Assembly (NCBI GenBank): GCA_017535865.1
Contig: JAFXTM010000059.1
Location: 40,336-104,335 of the forward strand
Direction: 5' to 3'
Length of the DNA stretch: 64,000 nucleotides
DNA from: Oscillospiraceae bacterium
GTDB lineage: Bacteria; Bacillota; Clostridia; Oscillospirales; Oscillospiraceae
Part shown: positions 27,003-37,055 of the stretch, piece by piece
How positions within the stretch are numbered: position 1 is the first letter of the stretch
Layout of the letters: every line of letters starts with the position of its first letter
The notes under the pieces: generated by a model
Databases searched by the model: none
Told to the model about the DNA's origin: nothing
Seen by the model: the letters and a program-made list of their open reading frames with translations, nothing else
Made by a program: the position numbers and the translations under genes

Positions 27003-29390
27003 ATGAGGATAGACCTCGTGAGAAGCAGTAACAAGTTCTTTTCGGGCATGCTGTGCCTTTGCCTTGCGGTCCTGCTGACTGCCTGCGCAGTCAAAACGGC
27101 GCCGGAACCGACGACAGCGCCCAGCCCGTCTCTGAATCCGGAGACGCTGCCCTCGCTCTGTATCAGCGAACTGATGAGCGACAACAGGAGCACTCTCGCA
27201 CTTGCGGACGGCAGCTTCCCCGCCTGGATAGAACTGCATAACACGGGCCTCGAGGAGGCGGACCTCACCGGGTTTGCGCTCTGCCTGGGCGAAGACAGCT
27301 GGACGCTGCCGGAGCTCCGGCTGCATCCGGATGAGTACCGCCTGGTGTATTGCGACGGCGCAGCCGGCGCGGAGGGAGAACTGCACAGTAGCTTCGTGCT
27401 GGACCGCGAAGGACGAAAGCTGAGCCTGCTCTCCCCGCGTGGGACGGAAGTCCTGAGCCTGAAGCTCCCTAAAGTCGGGCAGGACAGCAGCCTGTGCCGG
27501 ACGGAGGACGGCTCATATGAGGAGTCCCGTCTGCCGAGCCCCGGTTTCCCGAACGGCGAGGAGGGCTATCTGGCTTTCCAGCGGCTGCGCGCCTTCTCCG
27601 CGCAGGATCTCACTCTGGGCGAGGCGATGGTATACAACGAGTGGTATCTCTCCCAGAACGGCGAATATTTCGACTGGGTGGAGATCACGAACGCCACGGG
27701 TCAGAGCCTGCAGCTGAGTGATTATTATCTGTCCGACAAGGAGAAGGATCGTCTCCTGTTCCGCCTGCCCGAGCAAATACTGGAGCCGGGCGAAAGCAAG
27801 GTGATCTTCTGCTCCTCGGACTCGACGAACGCCTCGATCGCGCCGTTTGGGCTGAACTCGGATCTGGAGACACTGTATCTGAGCCGCGGGGATGGGACGC
27901 TCGTCGATTATCTCTGCCTGCGGGATATCCCGATGGGCAGCAGCATGGGACACGTGCCGGGCAGCGGAGAGGTCTTCTTTTTTGATTCGCCCACGCCCGG
28001 CGAACCAAATGCGGGCGGCGTGCATTTCCCGGGACGAAAGCCGGTCGCTCTGAGCCCGGACGGAGTGTTTGACGACGTGCCCTTTGCCAGAGTCGAGCTC
28101 GGCGGGGAAGGGACGATCCGCTATACGCTTGACGGCAGCGTGCCGACGGCGGAGTCGGACATCTACACCGGACCCTTTACGCTGAATCAGACGGGCGTAG
28201 TACGTGCGCGCAGCTTCCGGGACGATCATCTCCCAAGCGAGACGCTGAGCCTCAGCTACATCGTGAACGAGGGTCACACGCTGCCTGTGGTGAGCCTGGT
28301 CTGCGATCCGAAGGACATGTTCGGCCCGCGCGGCATCTACACGAATCCGACCGAAAAGATGGAGGTCGGCGGCTGTCTGCTGTTCTACGCCGACGGAGAA
28401 CGCTTCGATATCGACTGCGGAATCAAGCTGCACGGGGCGACCTCCAAGATTACTCAGAGCAAGAAATCCTTCAAGATCATGTTCCGCGAGCGCTACGACG
28501 GGAGGCTGTATTACGACCTTTTCGACAATGGGATCCTCGAGTACAGCTCCATTCTGCTGCGCGCTGCACAGGAGGCCGACCAATCGACCTTCATGCGCGA
28601 CAACCTGATGCACCAGCTGTCCATGCAGGCTTTCCCGGCCCTGCCCGCCGAGGACTATCGTTACAGCGTTTTATATATCAACGGACAGTATCGCGGCATC
28701 TACAATATCCGCGAGGCGCACTCGGAGACCCACTACGCGCAGCACTACGGATACGACGAGAGTACCGTCTCGCACTGGCAGGGCGAATGGCCCAACAAGT
28801 CCTTTGTCGACGAGGTGTATGAGTACGCGGTCAACCACGATCTGCGCATAGGGGAGAACTACCGCTACGTGAGCCGATATGTCAACATCGACAGCGTGAT
28901 CGGCTGGTGCATCATCCAGGTATACAGCGGGAACTTCGACTTCAACAGTCCGAACATGCGCTTCTATTTTTCGACGGAGGACCAGCAGCTCCGCTACGCG
29001 CTGGTGGATCTGGATCTGGGCATGTTCGACGTGGGGAGCTTCGGCACGATCTTCACTTTCGGCTATGACTACAACAATCTGGCGTGGGCTTTAATGAAAA
29101 ACGAGAGCTTCCGCCTCGAGTTCATCCGCCAGCTGAAGAATGCGCTGGACGGACCGCTCTCCGACGAAAACGCGCTGGCGCTGATCGACGAGCTGGCAGA
29201 TCAGCTCCGCCCGGAGGTCGAGCGGGATCACGCGATGTGGGGAGGTTCGCTCAAAAGCTGGGAGCGTATGGTGGAGCATCTGCGCGAGTATATCGGCACC
29301 GCTCCGGGCCGCGCGGCCTATACAGAAAATGCGCTCCGCTACAGCGGCTTTGTCAATCGAGACGAGATAGACCGCTATTTCTCCGATTGA
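27003..29390 (+). CDS. CotH-family kinase lipoprotein with two lamin-tail (LTD) domains and a chitobiase/Fn3-like module
   Basis: Lipobox LLTAC. Two LTD-like units (ISELMSDN...AWIELHNTG; EWYLSQNGEYFDWVEITNATG). CotH core ...YINGQYRGIYNIREAHSETHYAQHYG...MRFYF. Confidence 0.78.
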   Translation: MRIDLVRSSNKFFSGMLCLCLAVLLTACAVKTAPEPTTAPSPSLNPETLPSLCISELMSDNRSTLALADGSFPAWIELHNTGLEEADLTGFALCLGEDSWTLPELRLHPDEYRLVYCDGAAGAEGELHSSFVLDREGRKLSLLSPRGTEVLSLKLPKVGQDSSLCRTEDGSYEESRLPSPGFPNGEEGYLAFQRLRAFSAQDLTLGEAMVYNEWYLSQNGEYFDWVEITNATGQSLQLSDYYLSDKEKDRLLFRLPEQILEPGESKVIFCSSDSTNASIAPFGLNSDLETLYLSRGDGTLVDYLCLRDIPMGSSMGHVPGSGEVFFFDSPTPGEPNAGGVHFPGRKPVALSPDGVFDDVPFARVELGGEGTIRYTLDGSVPTAESDIYTGPFTLNQTGVVRARSFRDDHLPSETLSLSYIVNEGHTLPVVSLVCDPKDMFGPRGIYTNPTEKMEVGGCLLFYADGERFDIDCGIKLHGATSKITQSKKSFKIMFRERYDGRLYYDLFDNGILEYSSILLRAAQEADQSTFMRDNLMHQLSMQAFPALPAEDYRYSVLYINGQYRGIYNIREAHSETHYAQHYGYDESTVSHWQGEWPNKSFVDEVYEYAVNHDLRIGENYRYVSRYVNIDSVIGWCIIQVYSGNFDFNSPNMRFYFSTEDQQLRYALVDLDLGMFDVGSFGTIFTFGYDYNNLAWALMKNESFRLEFIRQLKNALDGPLSDENALALIDELADQLRPEVERDHAMWGGSLKSWERMVEHLREYIGTAPGRAAYTENALRYSGFVNRDEIDRYFSD

Positions 29391-29402
29391 CCCGGCTTCA
29401 CG

Positions 29403-29447
29403 CGCAGACGCCACAGGACCGACCGGCCCCGTGGCGTTTGCGTTTAT
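29403..29447. terminator. Terminator hairpin between convergent genes
   Basis: 12-bp stem cgcagacgccac/gtggcgtttgcg (one G-U pair), followed by tttatt. Confidence 0.6.
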
Positions 29448-29887
29448 TCACGTTTGAGACCCTGCATGAAGCCGTCGAGAGCGGTGCTGTGGACGTCGCC
29501 CGCGATCAGCTTCCCGTTCCGGATATAAAGTGTGACCAGAACCGTTTGTTCCTCATCGGGATAATTGGTGACGGTGTAGCTGTACTGCTCGCAGGTCTGG
29601 CCGAGATGCTTCGAGAGATCGCAGCCCTGCTGGAGTTGGATGTCGTTGTAGTCTGCGATAACGCCGTCCAGGCTGACGGGGATCCGCACGGTTTTGTGTT
29701 TTTCGCTCCCGAGATCGATCTCCCAGCCCTGCTCCTCCAGAAAACGCTGACGTCCTTCAAGCGTGTTCAGATCCGCTTTTTTCTGCGCGCGGCCGAAGAT
29801 CGCGATCAGGACGACGAGCAGAATGGCGGCGAGGGCTGCGAGCCCCGGCAGTCTTTTCCGACGCAAAATGCGGACGAGTTTTGCCAT
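29444..29887 (-). CDS. DUF4830-like membrane-anchored protein
   Basis: N-terminal TM helix, then ...GRQRFLEEQGWEID...YNDIQLQQGCDLSKHLGQ...TVTNYP, resembling DUF4830 proteins of Clostridia. Confidence 0.5.
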   Translation of the reverse strand: MAKLVRILRRKRLPGLAALAAILLVVLIAIFGRAQKKADLNTLEGRQRFLEEQGWEIDLGSEKHKTVRIPVSLDGVIADYNDIQLQQGCDLSKHLGQTCEQYSYTVTNYPDEEQTVLVTLYIRNGKLIAGDVHSTALDGFMQGLKRE

Positions 29888-29970
29888 GCTTAATCACCTC
29901 GTCGCACTGTATGCTTCTCCCTGGCCGACTATGTTGAAAAGCGTGTGAAAGTGACTGCGCAAGCGAAAGG

Positions 29971-29999
29971 TTGCAAAACGGTTAAAAATATAGTATAAT
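29971..29999 (+). promoter_or_regulatory. Sigma-A-type promoter for the pseudouridine synthase gene
   Basis: TTGCAA, 17 nt, TATAAT. Confidence 0.5.
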
Positions 30000-30032
30000 C
30001 ATGACATATCCGACGCGGGGAGGGAAAAGAAG

Positions 30033-30758
30033 GTGGCGCAGCAGCGCTTGGATAAAGTCCTGGCCGATCTGGGGATCGGTACGCGCAAAGAGCTCAGGGA
30101 GCGGATTCGTGCCGGCGGCGTTCGGATCGACGGAGTGGTTTGCACGAAGCCTGAACAAAAGGTCGATCCCGAGCTGCAGCGCATCGCGTTGGACGACAGA
30201 GAGCTGTGCTATAAGAGCCTGCGCTATTTCATGCTCGATAAACCGACCGGCGTCCTGACCGCGACCGAGGACCGCAGTCAGCCGACCGTGCTGGACCTCC
30301 TGCCGGCGGAGCTGCGCCGGCTGGGACTGTTTCCGGTCGGTCGCCTTGATAAAGACACCAGCGGCCTTCTCATCCTGACAAACGACGGAGAATTTGCCCA
30401 TCGGGTCCTTTCGCCAAAATCCTGCGTGGAAAAAAGGTATTATGCCAATATCGACGGAGAAGTGGATGAGGCGGACATAGCGGCCTTTGCCGCCGGGATC
30501 CGGCTGCGGGACGGGACGGAATGTCTGCCGGCCGGACTGGAGAGCGCCGGGCCAGGCAAGTGTTTTGTCACCGTCAGGGAAGGAAAGTATCATCAGGTCA
30601 AACGCATGCTCGCCTCCCGCGGAAAACCGGTCATCGCGCTGCGCCGTCTGGCCATCGGGAACCTGTCGCTGGACGAAAGCCTTGGTCCCGGCGGCCTGCA
30701 TGAACTCGACGAAACGGATTTGTGCAAGTTGTTCACTATGGATTTTGGGGAAAATTAG
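30033..30758 (+). CDS. RsuA-family rRNA pseudouridine synthase
   Basis: S4 domain (QRLDKVLADLGIGTRKELRERI) plus the catalytic motif GRLDKDTSGLLILTNDG. GTG start after SD gggaggga. Confidence 0.85.
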   Translation: MAQQRLDKVLADLGIGTRKELRERIRAGGVRIDGVVCTKPEQKVDPELQRIALDDRELCYKSLRYFMLDKPTGVLTATEDRSQPTVLDLLPAELRRLGLFPVGRLDKDTSGLLILTNDGEFAHRVLSPKSCVEKRYYANIDGEVDEADIAAFAAGIRLRDGTECLPAGLESAGPGKCFVTVREGKYHQVKRMLASRGKPVIALRRLAIGNLSLDESLGPGGLHELDETDLCKLFTMDFGEN

Positions 30759-30844
30759 TCAAAAAGACAGAAGGATTTCTTCGTGTTTTTTGACGGATAA
30801 AACACAATCCCAAAAAAATTAACAAATTTAATATGTAAAAACTA

Positions 30845-30873
30845 TTGAAAATCACATGATTTGGAGTTATTAT
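30845..30873 (+). promoter_or_regulatory. Sigma-A-type promoter for the PucR-like regulator
   Basis: TTGAAA, 17 nt, TATTAT. Confidence 0.45.
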
Positions 30874-30949
30874 GTAAAAAGAAAAATGTCGGTGATTTGT
30901 CAATATGCCAAACGGCAAAACAAAGTCCCGGCACAGGGAGGCATGAAAA

Positions 30950-32044
30950 ATGTCCAGCAGAATCTTCCAAAATGTGATTATCCAGCTTAAGGATGCGGTC
31001 GACAGGACGATCGGCGTGGTCGACGAGCAGGGCTTTGTTGTTGCGAGCAGCGAGCTTGCCATGATCGGTTCCCGGCTTGACGATTTTCGCGTCTATGATT
31101 TTGAAGGCACAGACCGGGTCATCACGACGGGGATCCGCAGCTATAAGGCGCTGTCAAGCGAGAATGTGAAGCTGGACTATGCGGCTTTCGTGGAGGGGAC
31201 GGATCCTCTGGCGCGCACCCTCTGCTCCGTGTCAGCCGTCGCCTACAACGAGGCGAAGGCAGGCTATGATGAAAAGCACAACAAGGCCGCTTTCGTCAAA
31301 AACATCATTTCGGACAACATCCTGCCAGGCGATGTGTATGTGCGCGCGAAGGAGCTGCACTTCGTAACGGACGAGCCGCGCAGCGTGCTTCTGGTCCGCC
31401 AGATCGACAATACGGATGTTGCGGCGATGGAGGTCGTCCACCGTCTCTTCCCGGACAAGCAGAAGGATTTTGTCATCAATATCAGCGAGACGGATATCGT
31501 CGTCGTGAAGGCGCTCAGCTCGCCGGACGCGATCGACGAGGTGCTGAAAGCGGCGCACAGCGTGGAGAATGCGCTCCATGACGAGCTCGGTATCCGCTGT
31601 GTGATCGGCGTCAGCACGACGGCCAATCATCTGCGCGAACTGGCCGACCGCTACAAGGAGGCGCAGGTCGCCATCGACGTCGGCCGCGTTTTTGAGGCGG
31701 ACAAGTCGATCATCAATTACGAAAATCTCGGTCTCGGGCGCATCATTTACCAGCTTCCGACCACGCTGTGCGAGATGTTCCTCAATGAGGTTTTCAAGAA
31801 AAACCCGATCGAGACGCTCGATGAGGATACGCTTGAGACTATCAACAAGTTTTTCGAGAACAATCTGAACGTTTCGGAGACCTCGCGCAAGCTTTATGTC
31901 CATCGCAACACACTGGTCTACCGCCTGGAGAAGATCAAAAAACTCACCGGGCTTGACCTGCGGGAATTCGATCACGCCATCGTTTTCAAGGTGGCCATGA
32001 TGGTAAAGATGTATCTGGATTCCCTGAACGCTTCGCGGTATTGA
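30950..32044 (+). CDS. PucR/CdaR-family transcriptional regulator
   Basis: The C-terminal HTH NVSETSRKLYVHRNTLVYRLEKIKKLTGLDLR is typical of PucR_C. The N-terminal sensor domain is uncharacterised. Confidence 0.75.
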   Translation: MSSRIFQNVIIQLKDAVDRTIGVVDEQGFVVASSELAMIGSRLDDFRVYDFEGTDRVITTGIRSYKALSSENVKLDYAAFVEGTDPLARTLCSVSAVAYNEAKAGYDEKHNKAAFVKNIISDNILPGDVYVRAKELHFVTDEPRSVLLVRQIDNTDVAAMEVVHRLFPDKQKDFVINISETDIVVVKALSSPDAIDEVLKAAHSVENALHDELGIRCVIGVSTTANHLRELADRYKEAQVAIDVGRVFEADKSIINYENLGLGRIIYQLPTTLCEMFLNEVFKKNPIETLDEDTLETINKFFENNLNVSETSRKLYVHRNTLVYRLEKIKKLTGLDLREFDHAIVFKVAMMVKMYLDSLNASRY

Positions 32045-32106
32045 GGCGCTTACACCGCCCGTGCGGGCCTTCCGTTCGGGCATGATCCACTGGAGGAAAA
32101 CACTGT

Positions 32107-32799
32107 ATGATCAATATGTTCAATGTCACCGAGGTCTATGACAGCAGCGGGACAGTCGCACTCGACGGGATCGATCTGCAGATCGAGGAGGGTGAGTTTG
32201 TCTTTCTGGTGGGGCCCTCCGGGTCCGGTAAGACGACCTTGATGAAGCTGATCACGGGCGAAGTCCGGGCGACGGACGGAACGGTTGTCGTCAACGACTT
32301 TGACATGACCAAGATCAAACGCCGGAAGCTTCCCAAGATGCGCCGCACCCTGGGCGTCGTGTTTCAGGATTATCGTCTGATCGACAACATGACGGTCTAT
32401 GACAACGTGGCTTTTGCCATGCGTGTCGTCGGCGCGCCCAACCGTGAGATCCGCAAGCGTGTGCCCTACGTGCTGGATCTCGTGGGCCTGAAGGGCTGCG
32501 AGAAGCGTCTGCCGAACGAGCTCTCCGGCGGCGAGCAGCAGCGTGTGGCGATTGCCCGCGCGCTTGTGAATTCTCCGCGCATGCTGGTGGCGGACGAGCC
32601 GACCGGCAACCTGGACCCGGTGCGCAGCCTGGAGCTTATGCTCCTCTTTGAAAAAATCAATGAGATGGGGACGACGGTTCTGGTCGTTACCCATGAAAAG
32701 GAACTGGTCAACGCCCTGGCCAAGCGTGTCGTCACGATCGACAACGGCCACGTGATCAGCGATGAGATGGGTGGGTATTTCGGCGATGATTCTGAGTAG
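32107..32799 (+). CDS. ftsE: Cell division ATP-binding protein FtsE
   Basis: GPSGSGKTT, LSGGEQQRVAIARAL, LVADEPTGNLD; followed by ftsX. Confidence 0.9.
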   Translation: MINMFNVTEVYDSSGTVALDGIDLQIEEGEFVFLVGPSGSGKTTLMKLITGEVRATDGTVVVNDFDMTKIKRRKLPKMRRTLGVVFQDYRLIDNMTVYDNVAFAMRVVGAPNREIRKRVPYVLDLVGLKGCEKRLPNELSGGEQQRVAIARALVNSPRMLVADEPTGNLDPVRSLELMLLFEKINEMGTTVLVVTHEKELVNALAKRVVTIDNGHVISDEMGGYFGDDSE

Positions 32800-33688
32800 A
32801 TGCGGTTATTTGATCCGCGAAGGTTTCCGAAGCATTAAAACACACAGCTTCATGTCTTTCGCGTCGGTTACGATTATCATGGCCTGCTTGATCATTATGG
32901 GAAGCGTGACGCTGCTTTCCTTCAACATTGACGCTCTGATCAAGAATCTCGAGGATCGGAACGAGGTCGTCGCGTTTGTGGACGACGCCGTGACAGACGA
33001 GGCGGAGGCGCGTGCGCTTCAGCCGGAACTTGAGGCGCTGGACAATATCATGAGCGTCGAGTTCATCTCCCGTGACGAGGCCATGGAAAACTTTATGAGC
33101 AAGTATGATTCCAGCCTGCGGGAGGGGATCGATCCCACGGTTTTCCGTCATCGCTTTGTCGTTCATCTGAACGACATCGCTCAGATGGCGGAGACAAAGA
33201 GCGCAATGGAAGGCGTGGTCGGGATCGCCAAGGTCAAGGCGCATCTGGAGTACGCAAAAGCCTTTGTGACGGTGCGCAACATCGTGAGCGTCGTCTCTCT
33301 GGTCCTGACGATCATCCTGGTTTTTGTCTCCATCTTCATCATGTCCAACACCATCAAGCTTACGACGTTCGGACGCCGTGAAGAGATCGCCATTATGAAG
33401 ATGGTCGGCGCGACCAACAGCTTTATTCGTCTGCCCTTCGTCGTGGAGGGTCTCGTGCTCGGGCTGCTCGGCGGCAGTCTGGCGTTCCTCGCGGAGTGGG
33501 GACTTTACGCCCTGATCACCCGGCGCGTCATGGGGACTGTTTCCAACAGCATCCTGTCTGAGAGCTTCTTTACGCTTATCCCCTTTAAGACGCTTGCACT
33601 CCCCGTGCTGGTCGTGTTCCTGGGCATCGGCGTGTTCGTCGGCGTGTTCGGCGGCGTCAATGCGATCCGCAATTACCTGAAGGTCTGA
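32786..33688 (+). CDS. ftsX: Cell division permease-like protein FtsX
   Basis: 4-TM FtsX topology with a large first extracellular loop. The YLIREGFRSIKTHSFMSFASV start is typical. ATG 32786 overlaps the ftsE end; the ORF is open from 32762. Confidence 0.85.
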   Translation: MILSRCGYLIREGFRSIKTHSFMSFASVTIIMACLIIMGSVTLLSFNIDALIKNLEDRNEVVAFVDDAVTDEAEARALQPELEALDNIMSVEFISRDEAMENFMSKYDSSLREGIDPTVFRHRFVVHLNDIAQMAETKSAMEGVVGIAKVKAHLEYAKAFVTVRNIVSVVSLVLTIILVFVSIFIMSNTIKLTTFGRREEIAIMKMVGATNSFIRLPFVVEGLVLGLLGGSLAFLAEWGLYALITRRVMGTVSNSILSESFFTLIPFKTLALPVLVVFLGIGVFVGVFGGVNAIRNYLKV

Positions 33689-33712
33689 AAGCGGATACGG
33701 ATTGGAGGCAAT

Positions 33713-35044
33713 ATGAAACAGAAGAAAGCCATTTCGATTTTGTGCCTGGTACTCGCGGTGATCATGATCCTCTCCCTGGTGATCAGCGTCTTGCCCGGCC
33801 GGGCTTACGCGGTCACGCAGAGCCAGATCGACGCGATGAAGGCAAAAAGAGCGGAAATCACACAGCGCAAGGATAAAGCCCAGGAGGTCCTGGACAGCCT
33901 GAAGGAAGAAAAGGCCGGCGTTCTGGTCGAAAAAAACGCGCTGGATGAGAAAAACGCGGCGGCCCAGGAAGCGTTGGAGCTCGTTGCCGAAGAGATCGCG
34001 ATGTATGACGACATCATCGCGGAGAAGGAAGAAGAGCTGGCGGCAGCCCTGAAGAAGGAAGAGAACCAGCTTGCCCGTTACCGGCAGCGTATTCGCGCCA
34101 TGGAGGAAAACGGCGGGTATAACCTGATCGGCATTCTGATCAGTGCCGACAGTTTTACGGATCTGCTGACCACGCTTGACGACGTGGGCGAGATCATGGA
34201 GAGCGACAAGACGCTCGAGCGGGAATACCGTGCCGCCCGCCAGGAAGTCGAACGCGTCAAGGCTGAGTACGAGGCCGTGCGGGCCGAGTGCGAGGCAAGG
34301 CAGGCGGAGCTCCGGGAGGAGAAAGCCCAGTTGGAGGCGGAGATCCTGGAGACCGAGGAGAGACTCGCGGAACTGTCCGATGAGATCGACGTGGCTACGG
34401 CCGCCTATGAGGAGGAGGTAGCCGCGGAGGCGGAAGCGGACGAACAGGTACGTAAGCTCATTGCCCAGTACGAGGAAGAGCAGCGCAGAGCCCGTGAGGA
34501 AGCGGCCAGACGTGCTGCGGCAGCGGCGGCGGCAGCGGCAGCTGCGCAGAGCGGAGGCGGCGGCAGCAGCACCGGCGGCGGCGGGGAATCGGTCGGCGAC
34601 GGCTACTCCGGCTATACCGGCACCAGTACCGGAGGCGGCGGCAGCAGCACCGGCGGCGGAGGCGGCGGCTTTATGTGGCCCGTGCCCTGCAGCCATCGAA
34701 TCTCCAGTTACTACGGGGAAGACCGAACCAATCATTTCCACAGCGGCATCGACATCGACGGCTACGGCAACGACGGCGCGCCTATTGTCGCATCGGCGTC
34801 CGGGACCGTCATCCTGGCGGGATATAACGGCGGCTACGGTGAATGCGTCATGATCGACCACGGCAACGGCTATGTGACGCTGTATGGGCATATGTCCGGG
34901 TACGCGTGCTCGTATGGCCAGTATGTCAGCCAGGGCCAGACGATCGGTTATCTCGGTTCGACCGGCAACTCGACCGGTACCCATTGCCATTTTGAGATCC
35001 GTGTCAACGGTTCGACCACGAATCCTCTTTCGTACGTCGGCTGA
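33713..35044 (+). CDS. Coiled-coil M23 peptidoglycan DD-metalloendopeptidase (EnvC/PcsB-like FtsEX partner)
   Basis: Signal/TM segment, about 250 aa of heptad-rich coiled coil, an Ala/Gly linker, then the M23 motifs HSGIDI...GHMS...HCHFEI. Confidence 0.85.
   Translation: MKQKKAISILCLVLAVIMILSLVISVLPGRAYAVTQSQIDAMKAKRAEITQRKDKAQEVLDSLKEEKAGVLVEKNALDEKNAAAQEALELVAEEIAMYDDIIAEKEEELAAALKKEENQLARYRQRIRAMEENGGYNLIGILISADSFTDLLTTLDDVGEIMESDKTLEREYRAARQEVERVKAEYEAVRAECEARQAELREEKAQLEAEILETEERLAELSDEIDVATAAYEEEVAAEAEADEQVRKLIAQYEEEQRRAREEAARRAAAAAAAAAAAQSGGGGSSTGGGGESVGDGYSGYTGTSTGGGGSSTGGGGGGFMWPVPCSHRISSYYGEDRTNHFHSGIDIDGYGNDGAPIVASASGTVILAGYNGGYGECVMIDHGNGYVTLYGHMSGYACSYGQYVSQGQTIGYLGSTGNSTGTHCHFEIRVNGSTTNPLSYVG
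34503..34672 (+). repeat. Low-complexity GC-rich coding repeat (poly-Ala then Gly/Ser linker) inside the M23 gene
   Basis: It encodes AAAAAAAAAAQSGGGGSSTGGGG...GGGGSSTGGGGGG. The gcggcggc/ggcggcgg runs are visible in the DNA. Confidence 0.8.
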
Positions 35045-35167
35045 TCGAGATGGGGGCGGCGGAGCGAAAGCGACGCATGTCGTCCGCTTCTGCTTCCGTA
35101 TCATGACTCTGTCGGACAGGATTCCGCAGAAAAGGGAATAGACCTGAACATACTGCGTTTTACTACG

Positions 35168-35200
35168 CTTTGCCGGACAGCTTTCCGCTGTCCGGCAAAG
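35168..35200 (+). terminator. Perfect 13-bp hairpin after the M23 gene (no trailing T-run; terminator or processing site)
   Basis: ctttgccggacag-ctttccg-ctgtccggcaaag. Confidence 0.4.
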
Positions 35201-35223
35201 CCGTGTTCCCAAGGAGGTTGACT

Positions 35224-36474
35224 GTGGGTAAAATCTTACACAGGCTGTTGGAGCGAATCTGGTTTTTCGTGACCGGATTTCTCAACATCAGCATTTCCCT
35301 CAAGGCTGTCATCCTGCTTCTGGCGCTTGCGATCGGCGGGACCTATTCCTGGGTCCGTTCCGATATGCTGAAGGCGGTCGGCGGCAAGGAGGACTATGAA
35401 GAGGCCATGCGCTATATCGAGATCAAGGACCTGCTGGACGAGCGATTTATAGACGCCGTCGACCGCAGGTCGATCGGCGAGAATGCCGCGGCGGCCATGG
35501 TTTCCGGTCTCGGCGACAGCTGGAGTTATTTCATGACGGCTGATGAGTACCGGACCTATCAGCTCTCTTCGTCCAACGATTATTCCGATATCGGCATGTC
35601 GCTGGTCAAGGACACCTCCTCGGGCGGCTTCAAGGTCATCTCGATCTATCCGAGCTCTGCTGCGGCGCGTGCCGGCCTGGGGACCGGCATGATCATCACG
35701 GCGGTGGACGGAGAAAAGCTGAAGGACTACACGACCGACCAGGTTCGTACGTTGATCCGCTCACGCCTCAATTCCGTTTTCAGGCTTGAAATCGGCAATG
35801 GCGCGGCCTTGATCGAAGTGGACTGCACCAACTCCAACCTGGATGCTGTGAGTTATCGTCTGGAAAAAACCGGCGCCGGGTATATTCAGATCAAGAATTT
35901 CGAGGCTGGCAGCGGCAAGAGCGCGGTTGATGCCATCGAGAGGCTCATGAAGGAAGGCGCAGTGTCTTTCGTTCTGGACCTGCGCAACAACTCGGGCGGT
36001 TTAAGCAGTGAGGTCGCGACTCTGCTCGACTACCTGCTTCCGAGCGGGCGCATCTTCTCCGAGGTCGGCAAGGACGGAAAGGAGATCGTCACCACCTCGG
36101 ACGGCATGTGCATCCAGTATCCGATGGCGGTGCTGATCAATCCGGGAACCTTCCGCGAGGCCGAGCTCTGCGCGGCTGTTCTGAAGGAATTCAAGTGGGC
36201 GACTCTGGTCGGAGAACCAACGACCGGCAATACGCGCTCGCAGGAGACGATCGCGCTTGCGGACGGCAGTGCGATCCGCCTCTCGACCCGAACCTATCTG
36301 ACGCCGAGCGGCATCGATATCTCCAAGGCGGGCGGCGTGATCCCCGATTCGATCGTCTACAACAGCGATGAATCCGCGACCGGTACGACTCAGGGCACGA
36401 CCGGCGGTCAGGACGGCACGGCAAGTATCTCTGCGGACGATCAGCTGATGGCCGCGCTTCGATATTTAAGTTGA
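35224..36474 (+). CDS. S41-family C-terminal processing peptidase (CtpA/CtpB-like) with PDZ domain
   Basis: GTG 35224 lies 7 nt after SD aaggagg. TM anchor, PDZ (GFKVISIYPSSAAARAGL), and S41 motifs LDLRNNSGG...TGNTRSQ. Confidence 0.85.
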   Translation: MGKILHRLLERIWFFVTGFLNISISLKAVILLLALAIGGTYSWVRSDMLKAVGGKEDYEEAMRYIEIKDLLDERFIDAVDRRSIGENAAAAMVSGLGDSWSYFMTADEYRTYQLSSSNDYSDIGMSLVKDTSSGGFKVISIYPSSAAARAGLGTGMIITAVDGEKLKDYTTDQVRTLIRSRLNSVFRLEIGNGAALIEVDCTNSNLDAVSYRLEKTGAGYIQIKNFEAGSGKSAVDAIERLMKEGAVSFVLDLRNNSGGLSSEVATLLDYLLPSGRIFSEVGKDGKEIVTTSDGMCIQYPMAVLINPGTFREAELCAAVLKEFKWATLVGEPTTGNTRSQETIALADGSAIRLSTRTYLTPSGIDISKAGGVIPDSIVYNSDESATGTTQGTTGGQDGTASISADDQLMAALRYLS

Positions 36475-36543
36475 CAGGGCAGCGCCCTTTCAGTAAAATA
36501 TCATAGTCATTTCACTAATCCATGATAAAAGGAGCACTGTGTT

Positions 36544-37032
36544 ATGCCGAATTCAAACCGTTTCAAAATGAGTCAGGAGCGTCTGGACGCGCTGAAGGAA
36601 GAACTGCACTATCTGGAGACTGTACGCGAGAAAGAGGTCGCCGAGCAGATCAAGGAAGCGCGCAGCTTCGGCGATCTGTCTGAGAACAGCGAGTACGACG
36701 AGGCGAAGACCGAGCAGGGCAAGCTGTATTCCAAGATTGCGGAGCTGAAGGCTCTGATCGAGAACGCGGAGATCGTCGACAACATTGACCACGACGCGCC
36801 GAAGGATACCGTGACGCTCTCCAGCGTCGTGCGGGTGCGCGATGTGGAGGAAGACGTCGAGGAGGAGTACGTGATCGTCGGCTCTCAGGAGGCAAACCCC
36901 AGAGAGGGCCGCATCTCGGACGACTCTCCGGTCGGCAAGGGCCTGATCGGTCACCGTGCCGGTGAGACCGTTGTGATCCACGCGCCGGCCTGCGAGTTGA
37001 AACTGAAGATCCTTTCGGTAAAGAACGATTGA
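36544..37032 (+). CDS. greA: Transcription elongation factor GreA
   Basis: LKEELHYLETV...ARSFGDLSENSEYDEAK...SPVGKGLIG. Confidence 0.95.
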   Translation: MPNSNRFKMSQERLDALKEELHYLETVREKEVAEQIKEARSFGDLSENSEYDEAKTEQGKLYSKIAELKALIENAEIVDNIDHDAPKDTVTLSSVVRVRDVEEDVEEEYVIVGSQEANPREGRISDDSPVGKGLIGHRAGETVVIHAPACELKLKILSVKND

Positions 37033-37055
37033 GTAAACAAGGCAGGTAAGTCAAC

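Noticed and set aside
37033-37055. Expected T-box or other leader upstream of lysS.
   Set aside because: Only 23 nt separate the greA stop from the lysS start, and lysS is co-transcribed with greA. There is no room for a T-box element.
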